A stretch of 63,464 nucleotides of DNA, counting the filler, from Octopus bimaculoides (taxonomy: Eukaryota), in NCBI RefSeq assembly GCF_001194135.2. It is 5 parts of 5 records of this genome, joined end to end, with 100 filler letters (N's around TTAATTAATTAA, not from the genome) between each part and the next. Parts side by side here need not be neighbours in the genome. Positions count along the whole stretch, not along the records: positions 58,232 to 61,488 come from NC_068983.1; positions 61,589 to 63,464 come from NW_026435589.1; 3 more parts are not named here. One strand, given 5' to 3'. Shown here piece by piece: positions 61,248-63,464 of the stretch. Below the pieces are notes generated by a model. That model had not been told where the DNA came from and searched no databases. It saw only the letters and a list, made by a program, of their open reading frames with translations. The position numbers were made by a program, and so were the translations under genes. Position 1 is the stretch's first letter. The number at the start of each line of letters is the position of its first letter.

Positions 61248-61488
61248 CTCATGTGCAGGCGACACATGAAATCTTTCGAGTGCCATCGTTGCCAGTGCCC
61301 CTGGACTGGCTCATGTGCGGGCGACACATGAAATCTTTCGAGCGAGATCGTTGCCGGTGCCCCAGGATTGGGTCTTGTGCGGGGCCGTCGTAGGATTTTC
61401 GAGCGAGATCGTTGCCAGTGCCCCTGGACTGGCTCATGTGCGGGTGACAGATGAAATCTTTCAAGCGAGATCGTTGCCGGTGCCCCTT
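61248..61488 (+). repeat. ~62-bp minisatellite (about 4 units) from the RTE 3'UTR
   Basis: Unit tgtgcgggcgacacatgaaatctttcgagcgagatcgttgccagtgcccctggactggctca; homologous to 17750-17900. Confidence 0.9.
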
Positions 61489-61639
61489 NNNNNNNNNNNN
61501 NNNNNNNNNNNNNNNNNNNNNNNNNNNNNNNNTTAATTAATTAANNNNNNNNNNNNNNNNNNNNNNNNNNNNNNNNNNNNNNNNNNNNGTGTGTGTGTGT
61601 GTGTGTGTTTGTGTGTAGGTATATATGTATGTATGTATG

Positions 61640-61780
61640 TATCAATTTTTGTGTCACCCCTTCATCGGTTGAGAGCCGATGCTGGTGTGTTTTCGTCCCT
61701 ATAACACTAGCGGTTCGGCAAAGTAGTCCGATAGAATACGTATTTGACTTGCAAAGAATAAGCCTTGGGGTCGATTTGTT
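61640..61780 (+). mobile_element. SINE family A 3' half
   Basis: ccgatgctggtgtgttttcgtccctataacactagcggttcggcaaa...ggggtcgatttg. Confidence 0.8.
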
Positions 61781-61998
61781 CTGCTAATGGCCAAATAATC
61801 AGAGAAATAAGTAAAAGAAAAAAAAGAAACAAATATATTATATTAATCTGATTGTGTGTGTATGTGTGTGAATGTATGTGTGTGTGCGTATGCACTTGTA
61901 TGTGTGTGTGTGTGTGTGNNNNNNNNNNNNNNNNNNNNNNNNNNNNNNNNNNNNNNNNNNNNNNNNNNNNNNNNNNNNNNNNNNNNNNNNNNNNNNNN

Positions 61999-62031
<33 letters not shown>

Positions 62032-62446
62032 ATTTACTAAGAGAAAATTACAATATTAAGATAAACTATCTTTTAACTGCGAACTCGTCAGCAGGAGAGA
62101 GAGAGAAGAAAGAAAACAAATAGAAAACGAGTCGGCCTTACTTGTGATAATGTATACCCTACGACAAATAATTCGACTGTATTCATAATGGGAAAACCCA
62201 TCACGTCTGGCTTTAANNNNNNNNNNATAGTACAAAATAATAATCTTTGGTGCCATTTCACCAATATTTCTCAAAGACAAACAAAATTTACATGTACAAG
62301 AACATCTGCAAGGTAAAATTCGGACGTCGCTCCCCACNNNNNNNNNNNNNNNNNNNNNNNNNNNNNNNNNNNNNNNNNNNNNNNNNNNNNNNNNNNNNNN
62401 NNNNNNNNNNNNNNNNNNNNNNNNNNNNNNNNNNNNNNNNNNNNNN

Positions 62447-62580
62447 CTTCTATATCTCAGCTTAGCGAATTCGTTCCTAGAAATAGATGTGTACTTATCA
62501 ACTAATTCGTCCATTTCTTGAAACTCTGGCCCACACTCCATATTTGAAGCCTTAGACTTGTATTCCGTTTGAACACTCAT
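62447..62580 (-). CDS. Candidate first coding exon of an unidentified leftward gene (runs into a gap)
   Basis: MSVQTEYKSKASNMECGPEFQEMDELVDKYTSISRNEFAKLRYR: 44 open codons of ordinary composition, downstream of a CpG-rich stretch. No homology was recognised. Confidence 0.3.
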
Positions 62581-62984
62581 CGTGCGGGAACGTATGATCT
62601 ACAAGTAGCGTTACTATCCATCCATTTATCCTATACGAGCAGCCGTGGTTGTTCCCCCTTTTTTATTCACTTTGCGTTGCTTTTGCCATCTTGTTGCTTG
62701 ACTCGACAATGGCCGGACTGTATTCACGAGACATTTTTCCTTCTTGAGAAATAAAAATCTCGAAGAAAATGTTNNNNNNNNNNNNNNNNNNNNNNNNNNN
62801 NNNNNNNNNNNNNNNNNNNNNNNNNNNNNNNNNNNNNNNNNNNNTTTGTAAATGAACATCAAAGATAAATTTTCACTTTTATATTTCATAGCGTTTATCT
62901 GACCTACACTCATCGGTTTCCAATCTTTCTTCAGTACCGATTGAAGACCAATGCTTGTGTGTTTATACACACGTAAGTTAAGTG

Positions 62985-63095
62985 ATCGGTAAAAGTTAGC
63001 TTTCTGAAATAAGTCCTCGGGTTGGTATATTCGACTAAAAATTCTTCAAGGTCGTGCAACAGCATGGCTGCAAACTAGCCAACTAAAACAAGTAT
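62985..63095 (+). mobile_element. SINE family A tail, degraded
   Basis: aaataagtcctcgggttgg...ttcgactaaaa...agcatggctgca...actaaaacaagta. Confidence 0.65.
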
Positions 63096-63464
63096 AAGAC
63101 AGAAGTTATATATATATATATATATATNNNNNNNNNNNNNNNNNNNNNNNNNNNNNNNNNNNNNNNNNNNNNNNNNNNNNNNNNNNNNNNNNNNNNNNNN
63201 NNNNNNNNNNNNNNNNNNNNNNNTATACACCTCACTTGGATTTACCACTTCTGAGGTTTCAGTCGCTATGAAACATATGTAGCCCGGACTTTCCTTCTCC
63301 ATTCTCTAACTCTTGTATTCTTTTCCGCAAACTCGGCAAACCTTGTCGCCTATCGTAGAATATAAAAAGAACTTTTCTCCTCGCATGGTTTTTCGACAAA
63401 GAAAAATAATCCTCAACCTTCCGTCTGAACACACCACTATTGTTCTGAAACTTGTTTTTTATAT

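Noticed and set aside
61248-61488. Regularly spaced repeats as a possible CRISPR array
   Set aside because: Whole units are homologous with no unique spacers, they derive from a LINE 3'UTR, and the context is eukaryotic with no cas genes.
62912-62941. Minus-strand ATCGGTA-CTGAAGA…GAAACCGAT as a possible type-III hammerhead
   Set aside because: There is no room for stem I and stem II does not pair.

Overview
This is an AT-rich, repeat-dense, gapped eukaryotic scaffold, not prokaryotic DNA. The SINE and LINE families, the microsatellite load and the effector-less C2H2 array look like an octopus (coleoid cephalopod) genome; this is an inference from recalled repeat sequences, not a database result. 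Two host ORFs are well supported: a single-exon 670-aa protein with 23 C2H2 zinc fingers (10299-12311, +) and an intronless 188-aa protein with a CARD-like N-terminus and a C-terminal death domain (21981-22547, -). Most of the rest is transposon-derived: RTE-clade LINE pieces, two R4/Dong-like RLE LINE 3' fragments in (TAA)n tracts, a Penelope-like RT fragment that keeps its N-terminus, three SINE families, a DD37D (maT) Tc1/mariner, Tigger-like and piggyBac-like MITEs, a GG-ended MITE with an 8-bp TSD, and foldback elements. The most interesting structure is at 51001-51538. It is about 1.4 tandem copies of a 359-nt monomer that carries a minimal type-I hammerhead-like ribozyme motif on the minus strand, with a 5' inversion of twin-priming geometry, inserted at a (TA)n tract. 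It is a candidate retrozyme or Penelope pseudo-LTR derivative. Other notable items are a 62-nt pre-miRNA-sized hairpin, a 129-bp identical inverted templated insertion, and several candidate promoters and first exons. The N-flanked TTAATTAATTAA blocks are assembly linkers.
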